DNA from: Escherichia coli
Lineage (GTDB): Bacteria; Pseudomonadota; Gammaproteobacteria; Enterobacterales; Enterobacteriaceae
Strand: one strand, 5' to 3'
Assembly: GCF_024223415.1 (NCBI RefSeq)
Contig: NZ_CP100501.1
Length of the DNA: 64,000 bases
Numbering within the stretch: position 1 is the first letter of the stretch; each line of letters opens with the position of its first letter. Below the pieces are notes generated by a model, which had not been told where the DNA came from, made no database searches, and saw only the letters and a list, made by a program, of their open reading frames with translations. The translations under genes and the position numbers were made by a program. Below, in pieces: positions 10,100-20,400 of the stretch.

Positions 10100-11097
10100 C
10101 AGTTCAGCCCCATTTTTCTCAGCTGCTCGCCCACCTGCTCCGCGCCGTAAAGCGTGCGAATGGTCGGATTCATCGCCTGACCGTCCATGACCACGATATG
10201 GCCTTTTTTCACCGCCTCCAGCTGGCTGACGGCGGGATCGCTTTTGAGGAATTTGATCTTCTCCTCGGCTTTATCCAGCGCCCAGCGGTTACGATCCAGG
10301 CTGGCGACCACGATCACATCCGGGTTGGCGGCAATAATGCTCTCCCAGCTCACCGTGGGCCACTCGGTTTCGGAGGTAATCGCATTATGTCCGCCCAGCA
10401 CGCTGGCGATAAATCCGGAGGCGCTGTTTTTGCCGCCGACATAGGCATCGGCCGAAGGTGAGGCGCTGGAGAACCAGAAGACGAAGGAGAGATCCTTTTT
10501 GCTTTTACCAAACTCCTGGCGCAGGTCGGCTTCACGTTTTTTGAAATCGGCAATCAGCGCCTGACCACGATCTTCGACGTTGAAAATGCGGGAAAAATCG
10601 CTAATTTCCTGATACAGCCAGGTCATATCCCACAGCTTTTGCCGGCTGCCGTACATATCGCCGGTGGCCTTTTTGGTGGCGCACACCCCCGGTGAGACGT
10701 AGCTGTTCACGCCGACGGTGGCGAGATCTTCACGCCTGGCGACTTTGCTTTCCGGCCCCAGCAGCAGCGGCAACTGGGCGGGAACGAAATCAGGATTTTG
10801 CGCCAGCACCGATTCCAGGCTCGGAATTTCCACCGTCAAGGTTTTAATCTTCGCGTTTTGCTCAGCCAGCTGCGGTAAAACGCTGGTCGGCCAGAAGGCG
10901 CTGGCGACCACCTGCTTTTGCAGCCCGAGCAGCAGCAGAATTTCGACCGTATTTTGCCCCAGCGCGACCACGCGCTCCGGCGGCCGGGTGAAGGTCTCCT
11001 GATAGCCGCAGTTTTCAATCGTCAGGGGGTAGGTTGTTGCCAGCGCGGAACTGACGGCGGTGAACATCAAGCCTAACGCGCAAAGGACCTTCTTCAT
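10099..11097 (-). CDS. eitA: Periplasmic substrate-binding protein of an iron/siderophore-type ABC transporter (EitA-like)
   Basis: 332-aa ORF with N-terminal signal peptide MKKVLCALGLMFTAVSSALA; first gene of the operon. Confidence 0.85.
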   Translation of the reverse strand: MKKVLCALGLMFTAVSSALATTYPLTIENCGYQETFTRPPERVVALGQNTVEILLLLGLQKQVVASAFWPTSVLPQLAEQNAKIKTLTVEIPSLESVLAQNPDFVPAQLPLLLGPESKVARREDLATVGVNSYVSPGVCATKKATGDMYGSRQKLWDMTWLYQEISDFSRIFNVEDRGQALIADFKKREADLRQEFGKSKKDLSFVFWFSSASPSADAYVGGKNSASGFIASVLGGHNAITSETEWPTVSWESIIAANPDVIVVASLDRNRWALDKAEEKIKFLKSDPAVSQLEAVKKGHIVVMDGQAMNPTIRTLYGAEQVGEQLRKMGLN

Positions 11098-11212
11098 TAA
11101 ACGCTATCCTTGTAAACAGGCGAGTGGATGACCAGCAAATGGGAGTAATGCAAATGAAACTCATTATTATCGCGGGGTTTTATACAATGCCATATTTACA
11201 GTGTCAATGTGT

Positions 11213-11420
11213 TCTTGCCCCCTTATTTCCAGACAGGGGTTGTATCTTAAGTTAATGTTACCCGCTGACGTCGATATTCTCGCGGAGAGCGATAACCCAA
11301 CGCACTGTGCGGATGGTTTTCATTGTAATGTTCGATCGCCACTGCAAGATTATGCAATGCCGTTCTTACATTCGGTTTCGGCATGAACGCGATGTAGTCT
11401 TCCTTGGGGTCCGCTTGGAA
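11213..11420 (-). mobile_element. Relic of an IS2-like right end (IR plus 3' end of OrfB), diverged
   Basis: Aligns by eye with the IS2 IRR/OrfB 3' end at about 75 percent identity; no intact ORF. Confidence 0.4.
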
Positions 11421-11451
11421 AACGGAAAATATCCCACGCTAAGACTATTTT

Positions 11452-12042
11452 CTATACAGTAACAGTTTGCTGTTTCGCTCTAACTCTCAGAATTGTTTGC
11501 CGTGTGGTTCGGAATTCCCTGGCAATAGCACTTATACTTGCTCCAGACTTAATGTGTTCGAGTACCTTCTGTTTTTGTTCTTCATTTAATACCGGTGGGC
11601 GACCAAAACGTTTTCCTGCATCCCGTGCTCTTGCTATCCCTGAATAAGTTCGTTCAAGTAAAAGATCTCGTTCAAATTCAGCGACCGCTGAAATCACTTG
11701 CATTGTCATTTTTCCTGCCGGACTGGTCAGATCAACACCACCTAATGCCAGGCAATGTACCCTGATGCCAGATTCGGTCAGTTGCTCCACTGTTTTCCTG
11801 ATATCCATTGCATTACGACCGAGGCGATCCAGTTTTGTGACTATCAATACATCGCCACTTTCCAGACGATCAAGCAACCGGTTAAAACCTGGACGTTCAC
11901 TGGCTGCTACTGATCCACTAATTTGTTCTTCGATTATTCGTTGGGGTCTGACGTTAAAACCCGCGCTTTCGATTTCCCGACGTTGATTTTCGGTCGTCTG
12001 TTCCAGAGTGGAAACCCGACAATAGGCAAAAATTCGAGACAT
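11452..12042 (-). CDS. Serine recombinase (resolvase/invertase family)
   Basis: 196-aa ORF, N-terminus [15 protein letters not shown] with catalytic Ser, C-terminal HTH. Confidence 0.9.
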   Translation of the reverse strand: MSRIFAYCRVSTLEQTTENQRREIESAGFNVRPQRIIEEQISGSVAASERPGFNRLLDRLESGDVLIVTKLDRLGRNAMDIRKTVEQLTESGIRVHCLALGGVDLTSPAGKMTMQVISAVAEFERDLLLERTYSGIARARDAGKRFGRPPVLNEEQKQKVLEHIKSGASISAIAREFRTTRQTILRVRAKQQTVTV

Positions 12043-12085
12043 AGTGAGATCTTCTGTACGAAATGGGTGTACATATTATAATGCA

Positions 12086-12157
12086 TGTCCGAAAGTAATT
12101 TCGCTGACTTTCGGATATATCTGTTTAACAATGTCCGAAACCGGTCGATTTCGGACA
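12086..12157. promoter_or_regulatory. res-like site: paired inverted repeats upstream of the resolvase gene
   Basis: TCCGAAAGT-N10-ACTTTCGGA (12088..12115) and perfect TGTCCGAAA-N8-TTTCGGACA (12132..12157), 45-115 bp from the resolvase start. Confidence 0.5.
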
Positions 12158-12542
12158 CCAAAACCACTGTTGTCCCGCCATTCTGGCGATTCCTGAAAGC
12201 CCTTTGGCTAAAAAATAGTCTTAACATGGTTTATTTTCCGAATTCCAAACTGACCCCGCTAACGCGGAGATACGTCCCGACTTCGGGTAAACCCTCGTCG
12301 GGACCACTCCGACCGCGCACAGAAGCTCTCTCATGGCTGAAAGCGGGTATGGCTTAGCAGGGCTGGGGATGGGTAAGGTGAAATCTATCAATCAGTACCG
12401 GCTTACGCCGGGCTTCGGCGGTTTTACTCCTGTGCCATATGCAACAACGGAGTGCCGCCTTACATGCGCTGACGCGCATTATTTGCCTTGTTCCGTCTGA
12501 AACTAATCACTATGATTAAATATGATTAACAACTAATCGGGT

Positions 12543-12827
12543 ATGCAAATGAAAAACAATACCGCACAGGCAACAAAAGTCATTACCGCGCATGTGCCAT
12601 TACCAATGGCTGATAAAGTCGACCAGATGGCCGCCAGACTGGAACGCTCCCGGGGCTGGGTTATCAAACAGGCGCTTTCTGCATGGCTTGCCCAGGAGGA
12701 GGAGCGTAATCGCCTGACGCTGGAAGCCCTGGACGATGTGAAATCCGGACAGGTTATCGACCATCAGGCTGTACAGGCCTGGGCGGACAGCCTCAGTACT
12801 GACAATCCGTTACCGGTGCCACGCTGA
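12543..12827 (+). CDS. Ribbon-helix-helix antitoxin (ParD/CopG-like)
   Basis: 94-aa ORF overlapping the downstream toxin by ATGA. Confidence 0.75.
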   Translation: MQMKNNTAQATKVITAHVPLPMADKVDQMAARLERSRGWVIKQALSAWLAQEEERNRLTLEALDDVKSGQVIDHQAVQAWADSLSTDNPLPVPR

Positions 12828-13102
12828 TGGAACTGAAGTGGACCAGTAAGGCGCTTTCTGATTTGGCGCGGTTATATGATTTTCTGGTGCTGGCCAGTAA
12901 ACCTGCGGCCACCAGAACGGTGCAGTCCCTGACACAGGCACCGGTCATTCTGTTAACTCATCCACGTATGGGAGAACAGTTGTTTCAGTTTGAACCCAGG
13001 GAGGTCAGACGGATTTTTGCTGGCGAGTACGAAATCCGTTACGAACTTAATGGCCAGACTATTTATGTATTGCGCCTGTGGCACACACGAGAAAACAGGT
13101 AG
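12827..13102 (+). CDS. RelE/ParE-family toxin
   Basis: 91-aa ORF, C-terminal ...YVLRLWHTRENR typical of RelE/ParE. Confidence 0.8.
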   Translation: MELKWTSKALSDLARLYDFLVLASKPAATRTVQSLTQAPVILLTHPRMGEQLFQFEPREVRRIFAGEYEIRYELNGQTIYVLRLWHTRENR

Positions 13103-13207
13103 ATTGTGTGTGGGGACAACTTAACATAGCCTGCAGATATTAATTCTGGAACATTATTATCAGGCCAGATATTTTTCATTCCATTAAATAATCTTGTAGG
13201 AGATAAA

Positions 13208-13447
13208 ATGAATTACGATGAAATAACGAAAATTACCGCTGAACGTATTAGCGACTACATGACCGAAGCAGTTAATACAGACTCTATAGCCGTTGCGGAA
13301 ATGTTTCATAACGCTGCATGGGGAGTGCGAACATTGTGGTTTGAACTCGTCACAAAAATAGATATGGATATACATAAAAAGAACAGGTATGCGAGTTATG
13401 ATCTTAGAAGGAAAATCGAAATACAGCATGAAGAGTTTCACGTATAG
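13208..13447 (+). CDS. Hypothetical protein (AT-rich island)
   Basis: 79-aa ORF with plausible RBS; no recognisable motif. Confidence 0.3.
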   Translation: MNYDEITKITAERISDYMTEAVNTDSIAVAEMFHNAAWGVRTLWFELVTKIDMDIHKKNRYASYDLRRKIEIQHEEFHV

Positions 13448-13609
13448 GAAATTGAAAAACTAAGCGATACCACTGTCCGCGTCTTATGCCTCGTGCGGTA
13501 AGCTGTTTTTCACATCACGCCGGTGTTTTTTCTCTCTGCGTGGTCGGTTTTTATACTGCGGATGGGGTTTTTTATCCTTTCCCCGGATTGCTGACACACT
13601 TACCCTGTA

Positions 13610-14902
13610 TCAGGCCGGCACATACCTCAGCAGACTGATATCCCGCGCGTTTTTCTTCAGCCCTGATACATTCAGCCCCGCAAGGGCCCGGCGGTATACC
13701 ATCCGGCCGCCACACAGCACGCATTCGAACGGGTCACGACTCAGGAACTGTTTCACCATTTGTGCATAGCACACTTTCGCCACCGGTTCCGGTTTATCCA
13801 TCCCCAGAGCTCGGTACACCTGCGGCAGCTTCTCTCCACACCCCCGGTTGGCAAGGAACCCGAAGTACCTCACCATCTTAAAAAACTTCTCCGGGATGTG
13901 CTGTTTCATCCTCGCGACCAGCTCACGCTGCGTCAGCGTTTCCGTCGCTGTCTCTCCCGTTTTGTGGTCCAGGTAACGGAAGCTCAGGCTCGCCCCTCCG
14001 TTGTAATGTGCCAGCCGGGAAGCCGCTATTGGTGGCTTCTTCAGATAACGACCCAGGTAGCGTGCCGTATTCCGCCCGCCGGCCGTCTTCTTCGACATGT
14101 ACACATGCCAGTATTTTCCGCCGGCTTTCAGCACCAGGCTTCTCCACTGTGATTCCGTCGTGATATGTGACAACGACTCCGGCATCGCCATCCCCTCTGA
14201 CCACGCTTTCAGAAGCAACTGCCGTATATTCCACATCCACCGCGAACGCATTGCGTCTTTCAGGAAGCTCAGCTTTTTCCACTGACCGTGCTTATTCAGC
14301 CCCCCGCAGGTTACTGACACATGTACATGCGGATGCCAGTTGAGACGACGGCCATATGTGTGGATGGCGCAGAAGATACCGGGTTCCAGCCCCCGTTTTC
14401 GGGCGGCATACAGCAGCCAACGGTTGCTTTCGAACACCGGCCACAGCGTGTCCGGCAGGGTGAAGACCAGGTGTACCCAGTCGCAGTCAGGAAGACGATT
14501 CAGCTGTGTCGCTGTCCACAGGTCTGTGGCCTTTTTTCCGCAGGACGGGCAGGCACGGCTGCCACATGAGTTAGTGACGTATCTGACGTGGGGACAGTCA
14601 GGTTTATCGCAGTTGTATTCCTTCACGCCCAGTATCCGCGTGCCGCAGGCCAGCATTTTGGTGACAGCCTCAACCTCGATATCGCGCAGACCGCCCGCAT
14701 CCAGGAAGGACGTCCAGCACTGGTTGGCTGTGAACAGGCGTTTCAGCGGACGGGGCTGAAAATCACCACCACTTCGGGTCATCCATCCTGCACGCTCCAT
14801 CTGATAATGTTCTGACAGGTAAAAATAATATCCCGCATGATTTGTGTGCTCATGATTTCTGATAATATCAGATATGGTTTTATCATCAATGATGAAAATC
14901 AT
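13610..14902 (-). CDS. IS91-family (HUH rolling-circle) transposase
   Basis: Cys-rich zinc-binding N-terminus, HxH (HPHVHV) and paired-Tyr region; true start probably internal (MERAGWMTRSGG...). Confidence 0.85.
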   Translation of the reverse strand: MIFIIDDKTISDIIRNHEHTNHAGYYFYLSEHYQMERAGWMTRSGGDFQPRPLKRLFTANQCWTSFLDAGGLRDIEVEAVTKMLACGTRILGVKEYNCDKPDCPHVRYVTNSCGSRACPSCGKKATDLWTATQLNRLPDCDWVHLVFTLPDTLWPVFESNRWLLYAARKRGLEPGIFCAIHTYGRRLNWHPHVHVSVTCGGLNKHGQWKKLSFLKDAMRSRWMWNIRQLLLKAWSEGMAMPESLSHITTESQWRSLVLKAGGKYWHVYMSKKTAGGRNTARYLGRYLKKPPIAASRLAHYNGGASLSFRYLDHKTGETATETLTQRELVARMKQHIPEKFFKMVRYFGFLANRGCGEKLPQVYRALGMDKPEPVAKVCYAQMVKQFLSRDPFECVLCGGRMVYRRALAGLNVSGLKKNARDISLLRYVPA

Positions 14903-15139
14903 ATCTGATATGATTTTATGTGAATTGCTTAATTAGCATATCATTTGCCCGTTTCCCGCCGTGCAGATCCGGTTTCCGGCGAAGTCGGATCGACCTAATC
15001 TTTGTTTCTGATATGAACATCTCGGAGAGGTGTAAGCAATGGTATAAACGAAATGTATTATGTATCTGCATCACAGCATGCGGGCACATTTTGCGGCAGG
15101 ATATGAATCCCCCCGGAATAACTGGCAAAGGACAGATAA

Positions 15140-17234
15140 ATGGACATTGAAATACGCCACTGCAATAACATCGTACGAGCACATATCACCCTCACTGCCG
15201 ATAAACTGAACATTAAGTTTGCGCCAAATGGTACTGGAAAAAGTACGCTGTCACGGGCCATAAGCTGTGCGGCGCGGGACGACATTCAGGGACTACAGGC
15301 ACTGATGCCCTTCCGGCTGCGCGGAGAAAACCCCGATAGCACCGGGCCCATTGTCATCGGTGCTGACGGGATTGGGGACGTGATGTGCTTCAACGAGGAG
15401 TACGTCAGTCAGTTTACGTTCCAACCGGACGAGCTCATCAGTGACAGCTTTAATATTCTTATCCGCAATCAAGCCCATGCGGAAAGAGAGCGTGAAATAG
15501 AAGAAATGACGCAAAAGATCCGGGCTGTTTTCACGGATCACACTGAGCTGAACTCTCTGATAGACCATCTACAGGAACTCAGTAATGCTTTCAAATCAAC
15601 CAGTTCCGGGATTTCACGTTCTTCAACCGGCATGAGAGGTCTGTCAGGCGGAAATAAAATACACCACATTCCGGCTGGTCTTGAGAACTATCAACCCTAC
15701 ATCCGCAGTGAACGCCGCGTGGAATGGATTGACTGGCAGACAAAGGGACTCGAGTTTTCGCCCCTTTCGGATGGCTGCTGTCCGTTCTGTACCGGTGATA
15801 TCACGGGAAAGGAAGCACAAATTCGCCAAGTCAGAGAGGAATACGATAAATCCACCATTAAAAATGACGGAGAGCGCCAGAGAACGCCTTCTGGCCATTA
15901 CTATGCTTCAGAACGGTCCGGAAGCCGAACATATCGAGTACCTAGTGGCGTTGAAACGCCAGACCGATACGCTGACAGAGAAACTCACTGCGCTGAGAGG
16001 CCTGAATGTTTTCAGCCTGCAGGAACAGCAGAACGTTCGGGAGGTGCTCACTGCCAGGTTGATTGACCTGCAGTTCTTCCCTGATCTGCAATCCGAACTC
16101 ATGCAGGGGATCACCGACAGACTGAACGCGGCCCTTATGGACCTGATAAACCTTGCCGGACCGCTGCAGGGAAAAATTAACCGGCACCGGGACAGCATGA
16201 TCCGGCTGATCGCACAGCACAAAACAAACATCAATAATTTCCTCACTTATGCAGGCTATAAATACAGGGTGGATATAGCCGGCGAGGGAGAGCAGAGAAA
16301 ACTCAGGCTACGACACATAGATTTTGACGGGTACGTCAGCGGCGGTAGCCAGCATCTCAGCTATGGAGAACGGAACGCCTTTGCGATTGTGTTATTCATG
16401 TATGAATGCCTGTCAAAAAACCCGGGACTGATTATCCTTGATGATCCCATATCTTCTTTTGATAAAAACAAGAAGTTTGCCATTCTTGAAATGCTGTTCA
16501 GACGTGCAAGTGGTGAATGCCTGAAGAACCGGACTGTACTTATGCTGACGCATGACGTGGAGCCTGTGATTGACACGCTGAAGTCAGTCAGAAGGTTGTT
16601 CAGTAATCAGGTGACCGCCTCCTGCCTGCGCCTGTCTGCTGGAGTCATAGAAGAATTACCTGTTAACGACGGCGATATCATGACATTCATGCAGATCTGC
16701 AAATCCATCACCGCGTCAGCAGACTGTGAGGAGATCATTAAGCTCATCTATCTTCGTCGCTACTTTGAAATCGTTGACGAACGTGGTGATGCTTATCAGC
16801 TTCTATCCAATCTATTCCATCGACGCGTCGCCCCGCTGGATTATCGCGAGCCTGCCGCTGCGGGCTCGGGCTATCCCAAAATGGCTCCTGAGAAAATTCA
16901 GCAGGCCTTGCGGGATATCCGGGAGTATGTGGACAGTTTTGATTACCCGCGACTTCAGGCTCTCGTCAGCAGCCCAGATGAAATAAAAAACCTGTACCGT
17001 CGCTGTCGTAACGGCTATGAAAAACTGCAGGTATTCCGTTTACTGGAACTGGATCAGGACCATCCGGTAATACGAAAATTCGTTAACGAAACGTACCACA
17101 TTGAAAATGAGTTCATCTGTCAACTAGATCCGTCCAGATTCGATCTCATCCCGGAGTACGTGATTATGGAATGTGACAAGTTCATCGCCCTGCCACCGGC
17201 AGCAAACCAGAGCTCGGTTGCCCGTATCGCTTGA
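15140..17234 (+). pseudogene. Rad50/RloC-like ABC ATPase with CxxC hook-like motif and about 240-aa C-terminal domain of unknown function; split by a frameshift in an A5 run
   Basis: Walker A FAPNGTGKST (N-terminal ORF 15140..16066); CPFC motif mid-insert; ABC signature LSYGERNAF, Walker B LIILDD, H-loop LMLTHD (C-terminal ORF, other frame); frames rejoin if one A is removed at 15860..15864. Confidence 0.65.
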
Positions 17235-17395
17235 GCCACTGTTTTTGCCGCCGGAAGATAGGCTTTAGCTCCCTGATAGTCTGATCTTCGAAGATACCCT
17301 ACAGTTTAGGACCGCTTACTGTAGATATCTGTTAAAACAGCCCGTATACGGGCTGTTTCTTGGTGCCCTTATCTCCTGACTTTGAAAAGAGTGTC

Positions 17396-17812
17396 TTACT
17401 TCACCCAGTCTTCCAGCACCAGGTCAGGCACTCGCTCAAATTCTCTTGTATTATTCGTTACCAGTATCGCCCCGGCGGCGATGGCGTGCCCGGCAATCGC
17501 CGTGTCGTTCGGGCCGATCGGCGTCCCGGCCAGCCGCAGTGCCACTTTAATCTTCGTGGTGGCGTCTACTGCGGCGCGATCCCAGGGCAGGATGGCATCG
17601 AGGCGGGCGCAGAATTCATCGACCAGTTGGACGTGACGTGGTGAGGCCTTTGGGCCGGTAGCCCCGAAGCGCATTTCAGAGTAGGTGATGGCCGAGACCA
17701 CTATACGGTGGCCGCGTAGCACCGCCTGCTCCAGACGCTTCAGGACGGCTTCTGGCTGTTCACGCATGATGAACGAGCAGATACAGGTATCAAGCATATA
17801 AGTCTTGTTCAC
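17396..17812 (-). CDS. vapC: PIN-domain toxin VapC (VagD-like)
   Basis: MLDTCICSF... PIN signature; overlaps upstream antitoxin gene. Confidence 0.85.
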   Translation of the reverse strand: MNKTYMLDTCICSFIMREQPEAVLKRLEQAVLRGHRIVVSAITYSEMRFGATGPKASPRHVQLVDEFCARLDAILPWDRAAVDATTKIKVALRLAGTPIGPNDTAIAGHAIAAGAILVTNNTREFERVPDLVLEDWVK

Positions 17813-18039
17813 AGGTTAAATCGCCCTTCGTCGCTGACAACATCCTCGCGCTCCGCCATAAAATCTGGATCGGCTTTTTCGTACTCTAGGAATGATCCCC
17901 AGGTTGGCCGGACGGGGCGCAGGATGATGCTGTCCCCTTCCCGGACGATCTCGAGCTCGCTCACCCCCTCAAAATCCAGATCACGAGGCAGACGGATGGC
18001 GCGGTTGTTGCCATTTTTAAATATCGATACGGTTCTCAT
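17809..18039 (-). CDS. vapB: AbrB/SpoVT-type antitoxin VapB (VagC-like)
   Basis: 76-aa ORF MRTVSIFKNGNNRAIRLP..., 4-bp overlap with vapC. Confidence 0.8.
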   Translation of the reverse strand: MRTVSIFKNGNNRAIRLPRDLDFEGVSELEIVREGDSIILRPVRPTWGSFLEYEKADPDFMAEREDVVSDEGRFNL

Positions 18040-18598
18040 GTTCTTTCTCTCCCGAGCATATGGATATGTGAAACATATCCGGAATATTCAAAGCACCGGG
18101 TGTGTGCATATGTTTAGTATAGGCAGATGTGTGGCATATGTATAGCGGTAGCATATGTAGATGCCATGCATATGTTTAGCATATCCCTATTTCTTTCTTT
18201 TTTATCGGAGATCCGAAAAAAGGTTGTTCAGGATCTTCCTCTCCCCCCACACAACGCCACCTCCTGTAAGCACAACATGTGGTGCCGGATTCAGCTGCTG
18301 ATGACACTATATGTTGTGTCATCTCCCTGACCTGTGATGCGTCGCGCAGGGGCGGAAAACAGCGATATGATGATTTCCTCAGCGTGGTACACTTCCGGAA
18401 AGTTGTGATATTCTGGAAAGTCGGATCTGACGGAAACGGCTCTCCGGTAATTTAACGGCGTGGTTATATGGATGCTTGTTATCATGGTGATGATGATAAC
18501 GGCATGATGTTATCAGACGGCGTGACGGTAAGGGCAGTGATGATGGATGACGTTATCGCATGACCGTCCCTGCCCGGAAAAGAAAAAAGGAGTCACCC

Positions 18599-19012
18599 AT
18601 GTTTTTTATTAAGAATGAAGGTCAGGCTGTCGCCAGAACGGATTACTGGCAGTCTGTACAGGCGCAGGCCGGATATGTCTACCTCAGCTGGAATGCCGGC
18701 GCAGCCAGGCTGCTTGTCCCGGATGCGGCAAAACATTTACTCAGGGAGATGCGGGGGGCTGAGTACGTCATCATCAGTAAGGGAACGCTGCATGGCCGCG
18801 ATGCGCTGGAACTGATATTTGAAGACGGCAGCGATGCGCCGTTCGTGATCCACATGCTGAGCGAGCAGTGCGATCGCCTGCTCCCCGAAAACAACCAGGG
18901 CGGGGGTTTTGTTGTCACCGTCTGGACGCGTGGCGGTAACCAGCTCCGTTATCCGGGAAAGTACCGTGTTGTGGAAAACCTGCCCGACGTTTCCCCGTGG
19001 AGTGAACACTGA
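18599..19012 (+). CDS. Hypothetical protein upstream of the recombinase
   Basis: Start at ATG 18599 with AAGGAG RBS; stop overlaps the recombinase start (TGATATG). Confidence 0.5.
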   Translation: MFFIKNEGQAVARTDYWQSVQAQAGYVYLSWNAGAARLLVPDAAKHLLREMRGAEYVIISKGTLHGRDALELIFEDGSDAPFVIHMLSEQCDRLLPENNQGGGFVVTVWTRGGNQLRYPGKYRVVENLPDVSPWSEH

Positions 19013-19013
19013 T

Positions 19014-19799
19014 ATGCAGCACCTGCCGGCACCGATCCACCATGCCCGGGATGTCGCTCAGCTTCCTGTTGCCATCGATTATCCGGCAGCGCTGGCACTC
19101 CGCCAGATGTCGATGGTTCATGATGAACTGCCAAAATACCTGCTGGCCCCTGAAGTGAGCGCCCTGCTCCATTACGTCCCGGATCTGCGCCGCAAGATGC
19201 TGCTGGCCACACTGTGGAACACCGGTGCGCGCATTAATGAAGCACTGGCGCTGACGCGGGGGGATTTTTCGCTTGCGCCCCCGTATCCGTTTGTGCAGCT
19301 GGCCACTCTGAAGCAGCGGACAGAAAAAGCCGCCAGGACGGCAGGAAGAATGCCCGCCGGTCAGCAGACTCACCGGCTGGTTCCGCTTTCCGACACCTGG
19401 TACCTCAGCCAGCTGCAGACGATGGTGGCCACACTGAAAATCCCCATGGAACGGCGTAATAAACGAACAGGCAGGACAGAGAAAGCGCGGATCTGGGAAG
19501 TGACGGACAGAACGGTCAGGACCTGGATTGGGGAGGCGGTTGCCGCCGCTGCCGCTGATGGTGTGACGTTCTCTGTCCCGGTCACGCCACATACGTTCCG
19601 CCATTCCTATGCGATGCACATGCTGTATGCCGGTATACCGCTGAAGGTCCTGCAGAGCCTGATGGGGCATAAGTCCATCAGCTCAACGGAGGTCTACACG
19701 AAGGTGTTTGCACTGGATGTCGCGGCGCGCCATCGTGTGCAGTTCGCTATGCCGGAAGCCGATGCGGTAGCGCTGATAAAACAACTTGAGAGGCGTTAA
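19014..19799 (+). CDS. Tyrosine site-specific recombinase (FimB/XerC-like)
   Basis: C-terminal HTFRHS...LMGHKSISSTEVYTKV with R-H-R-Y residues; track ORF 18909..19799 includes an unlikely N-terminal extension. Confidence 0.85.
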   Translation: MQHLPAPIHHARDVAQLPVAIDYPAALALRQMSMVHDELPKYLLAPEVSALLHYVPDLRRKMLLATLWNTGARINEALALTRGDFSLAPPYPFVQLATLKQRTEKAARTAGRMPAGQQTHRLVPLSDTWYLSQLQTMVATLKIPMERRNKRTGRTEKARIWEVTDRTVRTWIGEAVAAAAADGVTFSVPVTPHTFRHSYAMHMLYAGIPLKVLQSLMGHKSISSTEVYTKVFALDVAARHRVQFAMPEADAVALIKQLERR

Positions 19800-20039
19800 A
19801 AAGCCGTATTCGCGGTTCAGTCAAGGGGGAGCTGGTGCATCCATCTGTGGAAGATAGAGCACCAAACTCATAGAGGCCACGTTCTCAGGCCAGAACAGTC
19901 TTATATCTCTGGCGCTGACAACCCATAGTACTTGCCTGGATGGGAAACTCTTCTTGTGCTGAGCGTAAGAGCCATCTGCCGGAACGCTTCCTCGCCAGTT
20001 CGCTCGCTACGCACAGTTACATGGCTGCGGCGAGGGCTG

Positions 20040-20400
20040 CCTGATTCTAATAATGATATTTCAGCATGATAGCAGCAATAAAATAGATTGCAGCTATCAT
20101 GCTGTACACATACGGCCTAGCGCTCTGCTTATGTTATGCTATCTGCAATCTTGCGGCAATCTTGCTTCATCTGTCGATGCGATTCTGAATGAGGTTTCTT
20201 TTATTGTTAACGTGACACAAGTATTCGGCTGTCAATTCCAGCACTCTGCTAAGTAGCAAGATTTAATCTTGCTACTAGATTTTTTATTGTTGCAATCTTG
20301 CTGCAAGCTGTTATCTTGTTCTGGAAGAGTTACTCTACCTAACCTCAATCTGGTTTATATTGATGTTTGCTGCAAGATAGCAGCAAGTAAAGGGGGCTAA
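20040..20400. repeat. Array of GCAATCTTGC/GCAAGATTGC-type repeats and palindromes upstream of parA (putative operator/centromere)
   Basis: Recurrent motif at about 20065, 20140, 20255, 20290 and 20365; repeated again at 21410..21500. Confidence 0.55.

Noticed and set aside
15681-15860. N-terminal 60 codons of the 517-aa ORF (MRTINPTSAV...)
   Set aside because: This is the second reading frame read backward through the first half of the ATPase gene; the real protein continues from the upstream ORF across the A-run frameshift.
18909-19013. N-terminal extension of the tyrosine recombinase ORF (track start 18909)
   Set aside because: It overlaps the upstream gene in another frame; the ATG at 19014 directly after the upstream stop is the plausible start.
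19014-19799. Prophage or integrative element implied by the tyrosine recombinase
   Set aside because: No phage structural, terminase or attachment-site features nearby; context is plasmid maintenance genes.
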